Below are positions 12,350 to 23,549 of a DNA stretch of 64,000 bases, in pieces. The notes beneath the pieces were generated by a model. It had not been told where the DNA came from, searched no databases, and was given only the letters and a program-made list of their open reading frames with translations. Where the stretch lies: contig NIVC01001829.1 in NCBI GenBank assembly GCA_002269645.1, positions 169,104 to 233,103 of the forward strand, given 5' to 3'. A program made the translations under genes and the position numbers. Positions within the stretch are counted from its first letter, which is position 1; every line of letters starts with the position of its first letter. This DNA comes from Macrostomum lignano (taxonomy: Eukaryota).

Positions 12350-14612
12350 CTGTTTCACTCTCTCACTCTCTCCCCTCTCCTATCTACCCTTCTCCTCTCT
12401 CCTCTTCCCTCGCCCCTCTCCTCTCTCTCCACTCCTATCTACTCTCTCCTCTCTCCCCACTCCAATCTACCCCTCTCCTCTCCCCCCCCTTCTGAAAGGG
12501 GAATATGAATCTTTTTCTCTATTCTCTCCTCTCATCTCTCCCCTCTCTACTATCCCCTCTCCCCTCTCCTCTCTCCTCTCTCCCCTCTCTACTATCCCCT
12601 CTCCCCTCTCCTCTCTCCTCTCTCCCCTCTCTACTCTCTCTTTGCTCGCCCACGAAAGACGGAGAAGTTTGAAGAGTGGAGAGAGCAGAGAGGAGAGTAG
12701 GGAGAGAAGATGAGATGAAAATGAGAAAAGAATATAAGAAAGAGGAGAGAAGGGAGAGGGGAGAGTAGGGAATGGGAAGAGGAGGGTGAGAGACGAGTAG
12801 GAAAGAGAGAGTAGAGAGGGGAGAGAGGAGAGAGGAGAGGGGAGAGGGGATAGTAGAGAGGGGAGAGAGGAGAGGAGAGAATAGAGAAAAAAGATTCATA
12901 TTCACTGTCTCCGGGCTCTTCTCTCTTTTAGCTCGTCTCTTTCCTTTCCTCTTACCTCTCATTGCTCCTTTCTCGTCTTCTCTTCCTCTCTTCTCCCCTT
13001 CGTATCTCTCCTCTCTCCGCTCAATACCCTCCCCTCTCCCCTAAATCTCTCTGATCCTCCAGTGTCTCCGTCGCTGCCCTACTCTACCCAGCTAAAGCTG
13101 GACAACCAGGCCCAGTTGAATCCAAAACACACACAGTACAACTTTTCCGGTGCCAACACAGACGACACTCTTAACTTGTGCACAAATATTGAAATATTAG
13201 CCAAGGGTTATAAATACAAGCATCTATAGATTCATAGATAGCCATGCATAGATTAGATCTAAAAGTTTACCGTCCTCTGTATCTGGACGGTAACCATCTT
13301 ATAATCAATATTTTACCTGGCTTTATAGCCATCCCGTAGAGATGAGCGGCCAAAGCCCCCCATCCGGGAATTACACTGCGGTTTCGCGTACAGTCATTAT
13401 CCAACTATATCCCCTTAGAAACAGGGACGAAACACTAAAGCAGATATTTTTAGAATTTTGAGTCAATATTTTTTTTAATTCGGTTAGCCAATCCTGAAAA
13501 GATTTAGTAGAATATATGAATGATAGTACGATTTTTCTGCAGAAAATCTACCAAAGAGAGACAGAGTGGAGAGTGATGAAGATTGACAGTTTCTCAGAAA
13601 TGTGCTTTACCGAGAGATGAAGCGGTCAGTGAAACATTTCTAGAGAAAAACTATTTTATAGGTTTGACTTTATAAAAAAATGACACGAAAGACGGAGAAG
13701 CTTGAAGAGTGGGGAGAGCAGAGAGGAGAGTAGGGAGAGAAGATGAGATGAAAATGAGAAAAGAAGATAAGAAAGTGGAGAGAAGGGAGAGGGGAGAGTA
13801 GGGAATGGGAAGAGGAGGGTGTAGAGACGAGTAGAAGAGAGAGAGTAGAGAGGGGAGAGAGGAGAGAGGAGAGGGGAGAGGGGAGAGGAGAGAGGGGAGA
13901 GGGAGAGGGGAGATGGGATACAGGGGACAGAGGAGAGAGTAGAGAAGAGAGAGTAGAGGGGAGAAAGGAGAGGAGAAACTAGAGAGGGGAGAGAGGAGAG
14001 AGGAGAGAATAGAGAAAAAGAGTAGAGAGAAGGAAGGAGAGGAGAGAGCAGAGGGGAGAGAAGATAGAGGAGAGAGGAGAGAGGAGAGAGGAGAGAGGAG
14101 AGAGGAGAGAGAAGAGAAGATAGATGAGAGAGGAGAGGAAAGAGTAAAGCGAGGAGAGGGGAGAGAAGAGAGTAGAGGAGAGAGAGGGAGAGGGGGGAGA
14201 AGAGAGGGGAGAGAAGTGAGTAGAGAGGGGAGAAGGGAGAGAGGTGAGGGGAGAGAAGATAGATGAGAGAGGAGAGGAAAGAGTAAAGAGAGGAGAGGGG
14301 AGAGAAGAGAGTAGAGGAGAGAGAGGGAGAGGGGAGAGGGGAGAGAAGAGAGTTGAGAGGGGAGAGGGGAGAGAGGAGAGGGGAGAGGAGAGCGTTGAGA
14401 GGGGAGAAGGGAGAGAGGAGAGGGAAGAGAGGAGAGGGGAGAGGAGAGAGTAGAGGGGAGAAGGGAGAGAGGAGAGGGGAGAGAAGAGAGTTGAGAGGGG
14501 AGACGGGAGAGAGGAGAGGGGAGAGGAGAGAGTTGAGAGGGGAGAGGGGAGAGAGGAGAGGGGAGAGGAGAGAGTTGAGAGGGGAGAGGGGAGAGAGGAG
14601 AGAGGAGAGTTG
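12350..14612. repeat. CT/GA low-complexity tracts including a ~170-bp direct duplication
   Basis: Pyrimidine and purine tracts at 12350-13040 and 13690-14612. The segment starting CACGAAAGACGGAGAAG occurs at both 12651 and 13684. Confidence 0.85.
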
Positions 14613-15475
14613 AGTGAATAGATGCATAGAGATACTAAAAATCGGTACAAATTAGAGAACAAGCATATAAGTCATAAAAAATTAGAATAAAAACTCATGC
14701 AGAAGCAGAACGGTGCTCAAACTCACCTAATAAACCAATAGGGTTTTGTAGCAATTGAACCTTAGAGTTTCAATAATAGTCGAACTTTCATCACTAAAGC
14801 TATAGATGATGCAGAATCCAGGCCCAGAGGAGGCTGGCTGAGTCATACCTCAGAGAAACGACAAGTAAAATTTCTAGAAGCAGAAGTTGCAACAATATAG
14901 GTCTGTTTGTCAGTTGGGCTTCAAGAAGAAAACAGATTTTCAACTGGTATAATTGCTTTAGCAGAACAGCTGTTTGTGCGGTGTGGCTAAAAAGAGTTGT
15001 TAGTTAACTGCAGCCATGGGTCCCTTTCGAAAGCGTGTTAAGCTACAGTGGTTTATATATATGCATTCTGGCAGCTTAATTCTAGCTGAATTCTTATTGG
15101 CTGACGAGCTGGCAGCTCTATTAAAAGCTCTGGCGGAAACTGCCCCCCCCCCCAAGCCAGAAGCTGCTTGTTGTTGACAGAGACTGGTTGGCGGTTGGCC
15201 CCGTACAAGTTGCCAACAAATCTTTCTGGATTGTAAAATATCGAATAAAAACCGCTAGAAAACACTTTTTTACCTTTTCTAAGAATCTTCGCGTGTTGCG
15301 ATGCCCTAATAAGCTTTTTGATGTTGTTGGCTATAAAATTGTGTTTTTCAAGTGTGCTATAGTCATTACGTTGAGCGGCGTGGACTTTTAAGGATCTGGA
15401 TTAGAAACCTATCTTCAGCGCGCTCTCTATTTCACTCCCCGGTTTTCTCCTAACTTCCTTCCTGTCATTCTAACT

Positions 15476-17130
15476 GTGTCACTCCCTATATCTCACTCGC
15501 TCTATGTTACTTTCTCTATGCCACTCTCCGTGGCACCCTTTTTGTGTCACTCTCTGTATGACACTCTTTCTATATCACTCTCTCTCTATGTCAATCTCTC
15601 TTTATCACTCTCTCCATGTCACTTTCTTCATGTCACTCTCTCCATGTCACTCTTTCCATGCCACTCTCACTATGTCATTCTCTCCATATCACTCTTTCCA
15701 TGCCACTCTCTCCATGTCACTCTATCCATGTCACTCTCTCTATGTCACTCTCTCTATGTCACTCTCTCCATGTCACTCTATCCATGTCACTCTCTCCATG
15801 TCACTCTTTCCATGTCACTCTCACTATGTCATTCTCTCCATATCACTCTTTCCATGCCACTCCCTCCATGTCACTCTATCCATGTCACTCTTTCCATGTC
15901 ACTCTCACTATGTCACTCTCTCCATATCACTCTTTCCATGCCACTCTCTCCATGCCACTCTATCCATGTCACTCTCTCTATGTCACTCTCTCTATGTCAC
16001 TCTCTCTATGTCACTCTATCCATGTCACTCTTTCCATGCCACTCTCTCCATGTCACTCTATCCATGTCACTCTCTCTATGTCACTCTCTCTATGTCACTC
16101 TCTCTATGTCACTCACTCTATGTCACTCTATCCATGCCACTCTCTCCATGTCACTCTTTCTATGTCACTCTCACTATGTCATTCTCTCCATATCACTCTT
16201 TCCATGCCACTCCCTCCATGTCACTCTATCCATGTCACTCTTTCCATGTCACTCTCACTATGTCATTCTCTCCATATCACTCGTTCCATGCCACTCTCTC
16301 CATGTCACTCTATCCATGTCACTCTCTCTATGTCACTCTCTCCATATCACTCTTTCCATGCCACTCTCTCCATGTCACTCTATCCATGTCACTCTCTCTA
16401 TGTCACTCTCTCTATGTCACTCTCTCTATGTCACTCTATCCATGTCACTCTTTCCATGTCACTCTAACTATGTCATTCTCTCCATATCACTCTTTCCATG
16501 CCACTCTCTCCATGTCACTCTATCCATGTCACTCTCTCTATGTCACTCTCTCCATATCACTCTTTCCATGCCACTCTCTCCATGTCACTCTATCCATGTC
16601 ACTCTCTCTATGTCACTCTCTCCATATCACTCTTTCCATGCCACTCTCTCCATGTCACTCTATCCATGTCACTCTCTCTATGTCACTCTCTCTATGTCAC
16701 TCTCTCTATGTCACTCTCTCTATGTCACTCTCTCTATGTCACTCTCTCCATATCACTCTTTCCATGTCACTCTTTCCATGCCACTCTCTCCATGTCACTC
16801 TATCCATGTCACTCTCTCTATGTCACTCTCTCCATGTCACTCTTTCCATGTCACTCTCACTATGTCATTCTCTCCATATAACTCTTTCCATGCCACTCTC
16901 TCCATGTCACTCTATCCATGTCACTCTCTCTATGTCACTCTCTCCATATCACTCTTTCCATGCCACTCTCTCCATGTCACTCTCTCTCTATGTCACTCTC
17001 TCTATGTCACTCTCTCCATGTCACTCTCTCCATGTCACTCTCTCTATGTCACTCTTTCTATATCACTCTCTCCATGTCACTCTCTCTCTCTCTCTATGTC
17101 TCTCTCTCACTCTATGTCACTTTTTCTGAC
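15476..17130. repeat. 14-bp minisatellite ((C/T)ATGTCACTCTCTC)
   Basis: TGTCAC recurs at 16681, 16695 and 16709; source of the 579-aa and 541-aa pseudo-ORFs. Confidence 0.95.
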
Positions 17131-17717
17131 TCCGTGTCACTCTCCAGCCTTCTTTACTTCACTCTCCGTATCTTTACCAGTCACTCTCTCCGCCATATTG
17201 TTGCCGGCCTCCTAAACTGCACTTGAAAATTTCTAACCACACAGAATCCACTACTTGGCCCACGGGAGGGCTTCTGAAATGTGCCAAAGTCTTTGATAGT
17301 GGCGGCTTAGGCTGAAATTCTAGTCCTAAAGATTTACGCCACCAAGAGGGGGTAGTCAAGAGGGGAGGCACTTAAAAGAAAGTTTTTAATGTCTTTTTCG
17401 CTCCTCCCTTGCAAGGGAAGCCTCCAAAACGACTTTAGATCCTGCCATTAAATGCAACAGCAGCTTCACCAAAGCAAGCGCTTTATTAGGCTAGTAAACG
17501 TCTTGAGAATCGTAAAACCTTAGCTAGCAGTTATTAAACTGAAGTTATGTCTATGGGCTGACTCTGGCGTCTGTTATTTCACTCATACAGTCGATGTTGA
17601 ACGCCTCTTAGCAGAAAATACTCAGTTCGGATTTTTGCTTGTTTAGACAACATCGAGTTGTTAAACTTCGCGCAGAAGTTTTACAAGTTCTGAACTAAAA
17701 ACAGGAACAAACAGACA

Positions 17718-19823
17718 ATGGCAAAGTCCAGCGCCAAAGGTGAGGAGGTGATGGAGCAGCTCTCGGTGCAGAAGCAGGTTGTCATAGCCGACTTCATCGC
17801 CAGGCAGGAGACGCTGCAACCGCCGATTTTCTTTGACATGCCGCGCACCGAGCAAGTGCAGTCTGCCGACGTTGGACACTCGCTCCGGGACATGATCAGC
17901 TGTCCTGAAGGCTTCTTCGGCATCGACCATCCCAACACGTCTTGGCTCATCAACCTGCTGAAGGACACTTCGGAGTGGCGGCTTCAGAAGGCGCTGCTGT
18001 CGCTTCGGACCAGGCCGCTGTTCGAGAGCAACAAATACTATCAGGTGATCGACCGGCCGAGCTACTACTGGGGCGAGGCCGCCTCCATGGACAAGCCAGT
18101 GTTCAACAACAAGGCAATGCTCTACCTGAACTCGTTCGGCGTCGCGCTGTACCTGAAAGCCGAGACTGGCTGTTTGAAACTCGCCTCGGCAAAGTCGGGC
18201 AAGAACTATCTAGTTAACGTGACCGCTCCGCAGTTTGCCTCGTTTGTGCACGACAGCGAGTACGACTTGGTGCGCTTCCAGTTTGACTTCCTCTGCATCA
18301 AGCGCGAGTACTATCAGGGCCTGCACTATCTGGCTCTGGCCGGTTGGAACCCGTCCAACACGACCCTGCTGACTTACCGGCGCAAGTACTACCAGTTCGG
18401 CGTGCCCTTCACCGACTGGATCGATGTGCTGCGCTACGTACTTGAGCGCAGGCCGTCCATCAACGTGGCTGGTCTTGTAGAGAAGATGTTCAACCTGCAG
18501 TACGTTGTCAGCCAGGCCTACAACTTCAACATGGGCCTGCTCAAAGAGGTCGGCAAAGTGATGATGGAATCATTCGAGCTAAAAGAGCTGACCAGACACA
18601 ATTTCAACAACCCTACCAAGCTGGGTAACTATGCCGGTCGGAAGGTACTGAAAAACAAAGACGTGCCGGTGCCGGATGAGTACGCTACAGTGTTCTCCGA
18701 CAAGGATGGCAAGCCGAAGAACCCCGTCCGACCCGTGGTGCCGAATATCATGTCGTACGTGCGCCGGCTGCTCACCTATCAGTACTACTTTGATGGCAAG
18801 CATCTGTTCGCCCTGCCGCAGATTCTCAGAGCCGTTCTCTGTTTCAAGCAGCACGACTTCTTCGTCATCTCACAGACGGTGAAGAGCTCGGCGGAGACCG
18901 ACTCGACTGGCATGCACCGGCTGTACATCGATCCCATCATCTTCCAGCTGAACTACTTCCTCAATCTGAAGTCGGACGGTATGTACCTGCGACACAAGCA
19001 GTGGTCCAGCCACGCCACCAGCGCAGAAAGCGACGGCATCACGGAAGAGGAGCGAGCCTGGGTCTACCGCTTCGACACCATCAACTGCCTCAGCCTGCTC
19101 ACCGGTCTGCTCCAGAACTGCCTCATCAAGAACATGTCCAGCGTCATTATTGAAGCCCTCTGCGACCTCATTGTTTTCATCATGGTTGACTCCGAGCTCA
19201 TCGAACCATTCTTCCGCTACTCCTACTATGACACCTACTTTGGCTTGACCAGCGTGATCAACTGCGTGCCGAACCTCATGTCCAAGACCGTCATGCGCCT
19301 GCTCAAGAAGGCTCCCATCACTTTGGTTAGCAACTTCGAGATCAGCCAAATCACCAGAATGTTCACCATGTCGTTCTGGAAGCTGACCCCAAATCAAATG
19401 GACGCGATTGTTGTGCCAAAGAATCTGGACGACATCACCGAATTCATCATCACTAAGAAGCGTCGGGTGAGCATGAAGATGGAAGGCCCGGCCACCGGCG
19501 AGGCCATGTCCGGTGCCAGCGCCGTGGGAGCGGCCGGTGGCATAACGATGTTCATCAGAAACTACGACGACATGACGGAGATCAGCGCGGCGGATGAGAA
19601 CGCCGAGCAGCCCGCCTCCGAGACCACGAAGAAGCAGGACGAGGAGCGCAAGCACGTGTACGAGTACAAGCACATGGAGATCGACGCCCGCTACAGTACC
19701 GTGTTCCCGCTGTACTTCGAGGGCCTCAACAAGGTGCAAATCAACTACGACGAGAACAAGATGTTCGACGACTGTGTGTTCGAATCCTACTCGCAGCACA
19801 TGCTGGCTCACCTGAAAAAGTGA
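17718..19823 (+). CDS. Intronless 701-aa protein of unknown function (no recognisable family)
   Basis: A 2.1-kb non-repetitive ATG-to-TGA ORF that is GC-richer than its AT-rich flanks. C/G-ending codons predominate (TTC, TAC, AAC, ATC, AAG, GAG) and the amino-acid composition is globular and aromatic-rich. A putative NLS (TKKRRV) is present. Polypyrimidine-AG acceptors lie upstream at ~17590 and ~17646. Confidence 0.85.
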   Translation: MAKSSAKGEEVMEQLSVQKQVVIADFIARQETLQPPIFFDMPRTEQVQSADVGHSLRDMISCPEGFFGIDHPNTSWLINLLKDTSEWRLQKALLSLRTRPLFESNKYYQVIDRPSYYWGEAASMDKPVFNNKAMLYLNSFGVALYLKAETGCLKLASAKSGKNYLVNVTAPQFASFVHDSEYDLVRFQFDFLCIKREYYQGLHYLALAGWNPSNTTLLTYRRKYYQFGVPFTDWIDVLRYVLERRPSINVAGLVEKMFNLQYVVSQAYNFNMGLLKEVGKVMMESFELKELTRHNFNNPTKLGNYAGRKVLKNKDVPVPDEYATVFSDKDGKPKNPVRPVVPNIMSYVRRLLTYQYYFDGKHLFALPQILRAVLCFKQHDFFVISQTVKSSAETDSTGMHRLYIDPIIFQLNYFLNLKSDGMYLRHKQWSSHATSAESDGITEEERAWVYRFDTINCLSLLTGLLQNCLIKNMSSVIIEALCDLIVFIMVDSELIEPFFRYSYYDTYFGLTSVINCVPNLMSKTVMRLLKKAPITLVSNFEISQITRMFTMSFWKLTPNQMDAIVVPKNLDDITEFIITKKRRVSMKMEGPATGEAMSGASAVGAAGGITMFIRNYDDMTEISAADENAEQPASETTKKQDEERKHVYEYKHMEIDARYSTVFPLYFEGLNKVQINYDENKMFDDCVFESYSQHMLAHLKK

Positions 19824-20249
19824 TTTTCACTCTTCATATTTATGGCCACCTCTCACCGGACACAGAAATATTTCTAATTTGAAAATTTACTTTTTCGCTA
19901 TTATTTTTCTCGAAGCTGCACCGGACTCTCCGGTTGGCAGCGGAAATACACACAGCTCAGCAACTCACCTCACTCGATCCGCGACCGGCAGGGATTGGCT
20001 TTCATTTTTCTCTCTCGCGTGAGCAAAGCGCGATAATAACAATACTCTTTGTTAAAAAGTTACTTTTTCACCGCACAATCCATCTTATTGTTTTGTGATA
20101 TGTACGGCCTATTTAACATACAAGTAGTTGCCTCCCTGTAAAATACTGTGCGAAACTTGCGAATAAACAGCTTTTTACTGTCTGAAACTGGTTTGAGTTG
20201 CGCGAAATTAATTCATCATTTACGAAGTAACAGGTAGGATGCTTCCAGG

Positions 20250-20527
20250 GGGCTGTAGCCTAGTGGTCAGAGCGTCGGACTCACGACTTGAAGGTCGGTG
20301 GGTTCGATTCCCGATCCAACTCGGAAAAATTTGTGTCCTTGAGCAAGACACTCAACTCTGCATTGCTTCAGTTCACCCATCTGTAAAATGGGTGCCAGCA
20401 TTAGCTGGGGTAATTGAGGGTGTGTGTGGCGAACCCCCAGTCCTTGGACTGAACAGCCGTACGCAGCCTTCAGATGCGCCGCGCAATAGCTGCGGCTGAG
20501 CTGTCAATTGTGTATCTGCCCATCATA
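20250..20527 (+). mobile_element. tRNA-derived CORE-type SINE with target-site duplication
   Basis: A box TAGCCTAGTGG and B box GGTTCGATTCC. The central TGTGTCCTTGAGCAAGACACTCAAC...GCTTCAGTTCACCCATCTGTAAAATGGG aligns with the MIR/CORE consensus as I recall it (TGTGACCTTGGGCAAGTCACTTAAC...GCCTCAGTTTCCTCATCTGTAAAATGGG). The direct repeat CTTCCAGG flanks the element at 20242-20249 and 20528-20535. Confidence 0.8.
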
Positions 20528-21234
20528 CTTCCAGGAAGTACTTCCAGCTTCCATTGGGAGCTTGACACCTATGAAACCCAGAGTCTATGGAACGGTACAC
20601 AACAAGTCCCAGAGTGTCGAATGTGTCTCAACTCTCACCTCTCGTTAATTAATTAATTTGGGGCTTGTGCACGAAACATAAATTCTCGTCAATTATAAAG
20701 ACCAACTCCAAGGCACAGTTACTTCAGTATGTGAATACCATGACATGTCGCCCTTTTGCGGGCAGTGCCCTAAGCCCCCGGCAAACTAACGAACTAAAAA
20801 CTATCAGGCAACCTCAACATCGACCAGTTTTCTGTAGTCCTGAAAATTCTCTCGAACCCAAATACAGATAGAAAAAATCCCTCCCCCCCAGAGGATTTTG
20901 ATGCCACCGACAAATAGAATGACGATCGGAGCAGCTGATGGACCAGCTGATCGAGTGTCGAGTTTGCCTCCAGGGGATGTGGGGAAAGGGGTCAGGAGAT
21001 GGGGGCCACTTCATTAGCTAATTGAAGGGATATCTTTGCCAGCTGGGCACACGCGGTACTGGGATGCCACAGTCGCCTCATCAAGTGGCCGCGAGGGTTG
21101 GGGCAGCTGGAACGACTGCGTACTGCAATACCTACACAGCTCGTGAATTCAAAGCGATGCCTGATATCTGTGTGCGCTCCATCAGTGGATCCACGTCTTG
21201 CATATGAGATCTTGAATTCCAGGATTGCTGTCTT

Positions 21235-22190
21235 ATTTCGAGATGTCTAATCTCATTCTTGAATGTCTAATCTTTTTCTTGGATGTTTAATCTCATTCCA
21301 GGATGTCTAATCTCCTTCTTGGATGTCTAATCTCATTCCTGGAGGTCTAACCTTATTCCTGCATGTCTAATCTCATTTCTGCATGTCTAATCTCATTCCT
21401 GGATGTCTAACCTCATTCCTGGATGTCTAATTTCATTCTTGGAAGTCTAATCTCATTCCTGCATGCTTAATCTCATTCCTGCATGTCTAGTCTCATTCCT
21501 GGATGTCTAATCATTCCTGGATACCTAATATCATTCCTGGATGTCTAACCTTATTCCTGCATGTCTAATCTCATTCCTGCTTGTATAATCTCATTCCTGC
21601 ATGTCTAATCTCATTCCTGCATGTCCAATCGCATTCCTAGATGTCTAATCATTCCTGGATGTCTCATCTTATTCCTGGTTGTCTAATCATTCCTGGATGT
21701 CTTATCTTATTCCTGGTTGTCTCATCTTATTCCTGGATGTCTCATCTTATTCCTGCATGTCTAATCTCATTCCTGCTTGTATAATCTCATTCCTGCATGT
21801 CTAATCTCATTCCTGAATGTCCAATCGCATTCCTAGATGTCTAATCATTCCTGGATGTCTCATCTTATTCCTGGTTGTCTCATCTTATTCCTGGATGTCT
21901 CATCTTATTCCTGCATGTCTAATCTCATTCCTGCTTGTATAATCTCATTCCTGCTTGTATAATCTCATTCCTGCATGTCCAATCGCATTCCTAGATGTCT
22001 AATCATTTCTGGATGTCTCATCTTATTCCTGGTTGTCTAATCATTCCTGGATGTCTCATCTTATTCCTGGATGCCTAATCTCATTCTTGTGTGTCTAATC
22101 TCAATCCTATGTATCCAATCTTATTCTGGCATGTCTCATCTCTTTTCTGGATGTCCAATCTCACTCTTCGATGTCTAATCTTTTTTATGA
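21235..22190. repeat. 20-bp minisatellite (GATGTCTAATCTCATTCCTG)
   Basis: Visible degenerate tandem array. Confidence 0.9.
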
Positions 22191-23549
22191 ACTCAAATAT
22201 TTTACCTGTATATACTGTACACGTATAATGTCATACCTGCATGTCTAATCTAGTTACTTATATTTGAAACTTAATTCCTCGTGATGTCTGAATCTCATTG
22301 ATGTTGAATTTCATTTTTGTATGTCTAATCTCATTATTGAATGTCTAATCTCATTCCTGGATGTCAACCTCATTCATTGATTTCCAATTTAATCCCTATT
22401 TCCACCATTCTCTTTATGCATGCCTCAACTCATTGTAATCAGTAGTATATTTTCCTCTAATCTAGTATCTCTCTCTCTCTCATCTCACCCTTGATCGTTA
22501 ATCTCTCACCATCTTCTTCTGCATGTGAAACTCATTCTCAATTTCAGCTTTTAAATCTAGAGATTTCATGTTGCTCAGTTTAAAATGAAATAGTCGGCCA
22601 TCAAATCTTAGTTTCTTGTACAGATACCTCTACTTACAAGTAGGCTGGTAAGAATCGTATGATTTATTTTTGGCTTAGATACAGAACTACTTATTAGTAA
22701 TGGGAAAATAAGAAGATCCGTGTATAGATAAGATTGATCAGGTAAAAATTGACAAAAGGGAATTAAAGATGTAGGAGGGCTCGAAATTAGTTTATTGTCA
22801 AGAAATGTCAGATTTTATACAAGGACTACCAGAGTAGGAAGGACAGGAAACCTCGTTTCTTGGAAAATCATTACACTACGGAAATAGGAAGTTTTTATCT
22901 TTCAGCACAAAAGCTGTTATTGCTTTCGATAGGAGGCAGATCTAATGTTCAACCTTTGATATGCTGTGCCTCTCTTATAGCTCAGCTATTGATAATTAAA
23001 GTTTTTCGTTCAGAAAGTTAGGGTTCCATGTTAATTTATTATTCAACGTACATTCCTTGTACTAAAAAATCATAAAAATGCATTGCACAGCTCGGCTTAT
23101 TGGTTTTATGAATCTATTTTATCATTTACTGTTGCACATATTGTTACACAGTCAGCTATAAGAATGATAAAATAGATTCCTAAAACCAATGAGTTGAGTC
23201 GTGCCATTTTAATGATTTTTAGGCACAGGCGATGTACAATTGTACGTAGGTAGATAGGATTTGTCGGTGATAAAGCAAAAATAGAGGCACAACATATCAA
23301 AAGATGAACATTGGGTCTGCTTTTTATCAAGAGCAATAACAATTTCCTATCTCCGTAGTGTAATGAAAAACTTGCCTACTAAAATTTTCCAAGGTTTTAC
23401 CTACGTCCTTCCTACTTGAGCAGGCCTTGATTTTATAATTACAAGCGTATAAAACGATTTTACGGTTTGGTTGAATCTTCAAACTGCTGTAACAGACTCC
23501 GGATAGAATTTAAAAGGTAATTAAACAAACTTTTTTAAACAGAATGACT

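Noticed and set aside
2167-17215. Long ORFs of 250-579 aa (e.g. 2167-2949, 6171-7199, 10391-11566, 13656-14627, 15476-17215)
   Set aside because: They are translations of stop-free tandem repeats, open in several frames and on both strands. Only the small exon pieces used in the gene model are credible.
18579-19815. Antisense and alternate-frame ORFs overlapping the 701-aa ORF
   Set aside because: They are an expected by-product of strong GC3 codon bias on the sense strand.
20248-20325. Apparent tRNA gene
   Set aside because: The acceptor and anticodon stems pair poorly, and the sequence continues into a CORE domain and is flanked by a TSD, so it is a SINE head.
23106-23342. Short hydrophobic ORF (MARLNSLVLGIYFIILIADC...)
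   Set aside because: It could be a signal-peptide exon, but it lies in AT-rich DNA and I found no compatible downstream exons.
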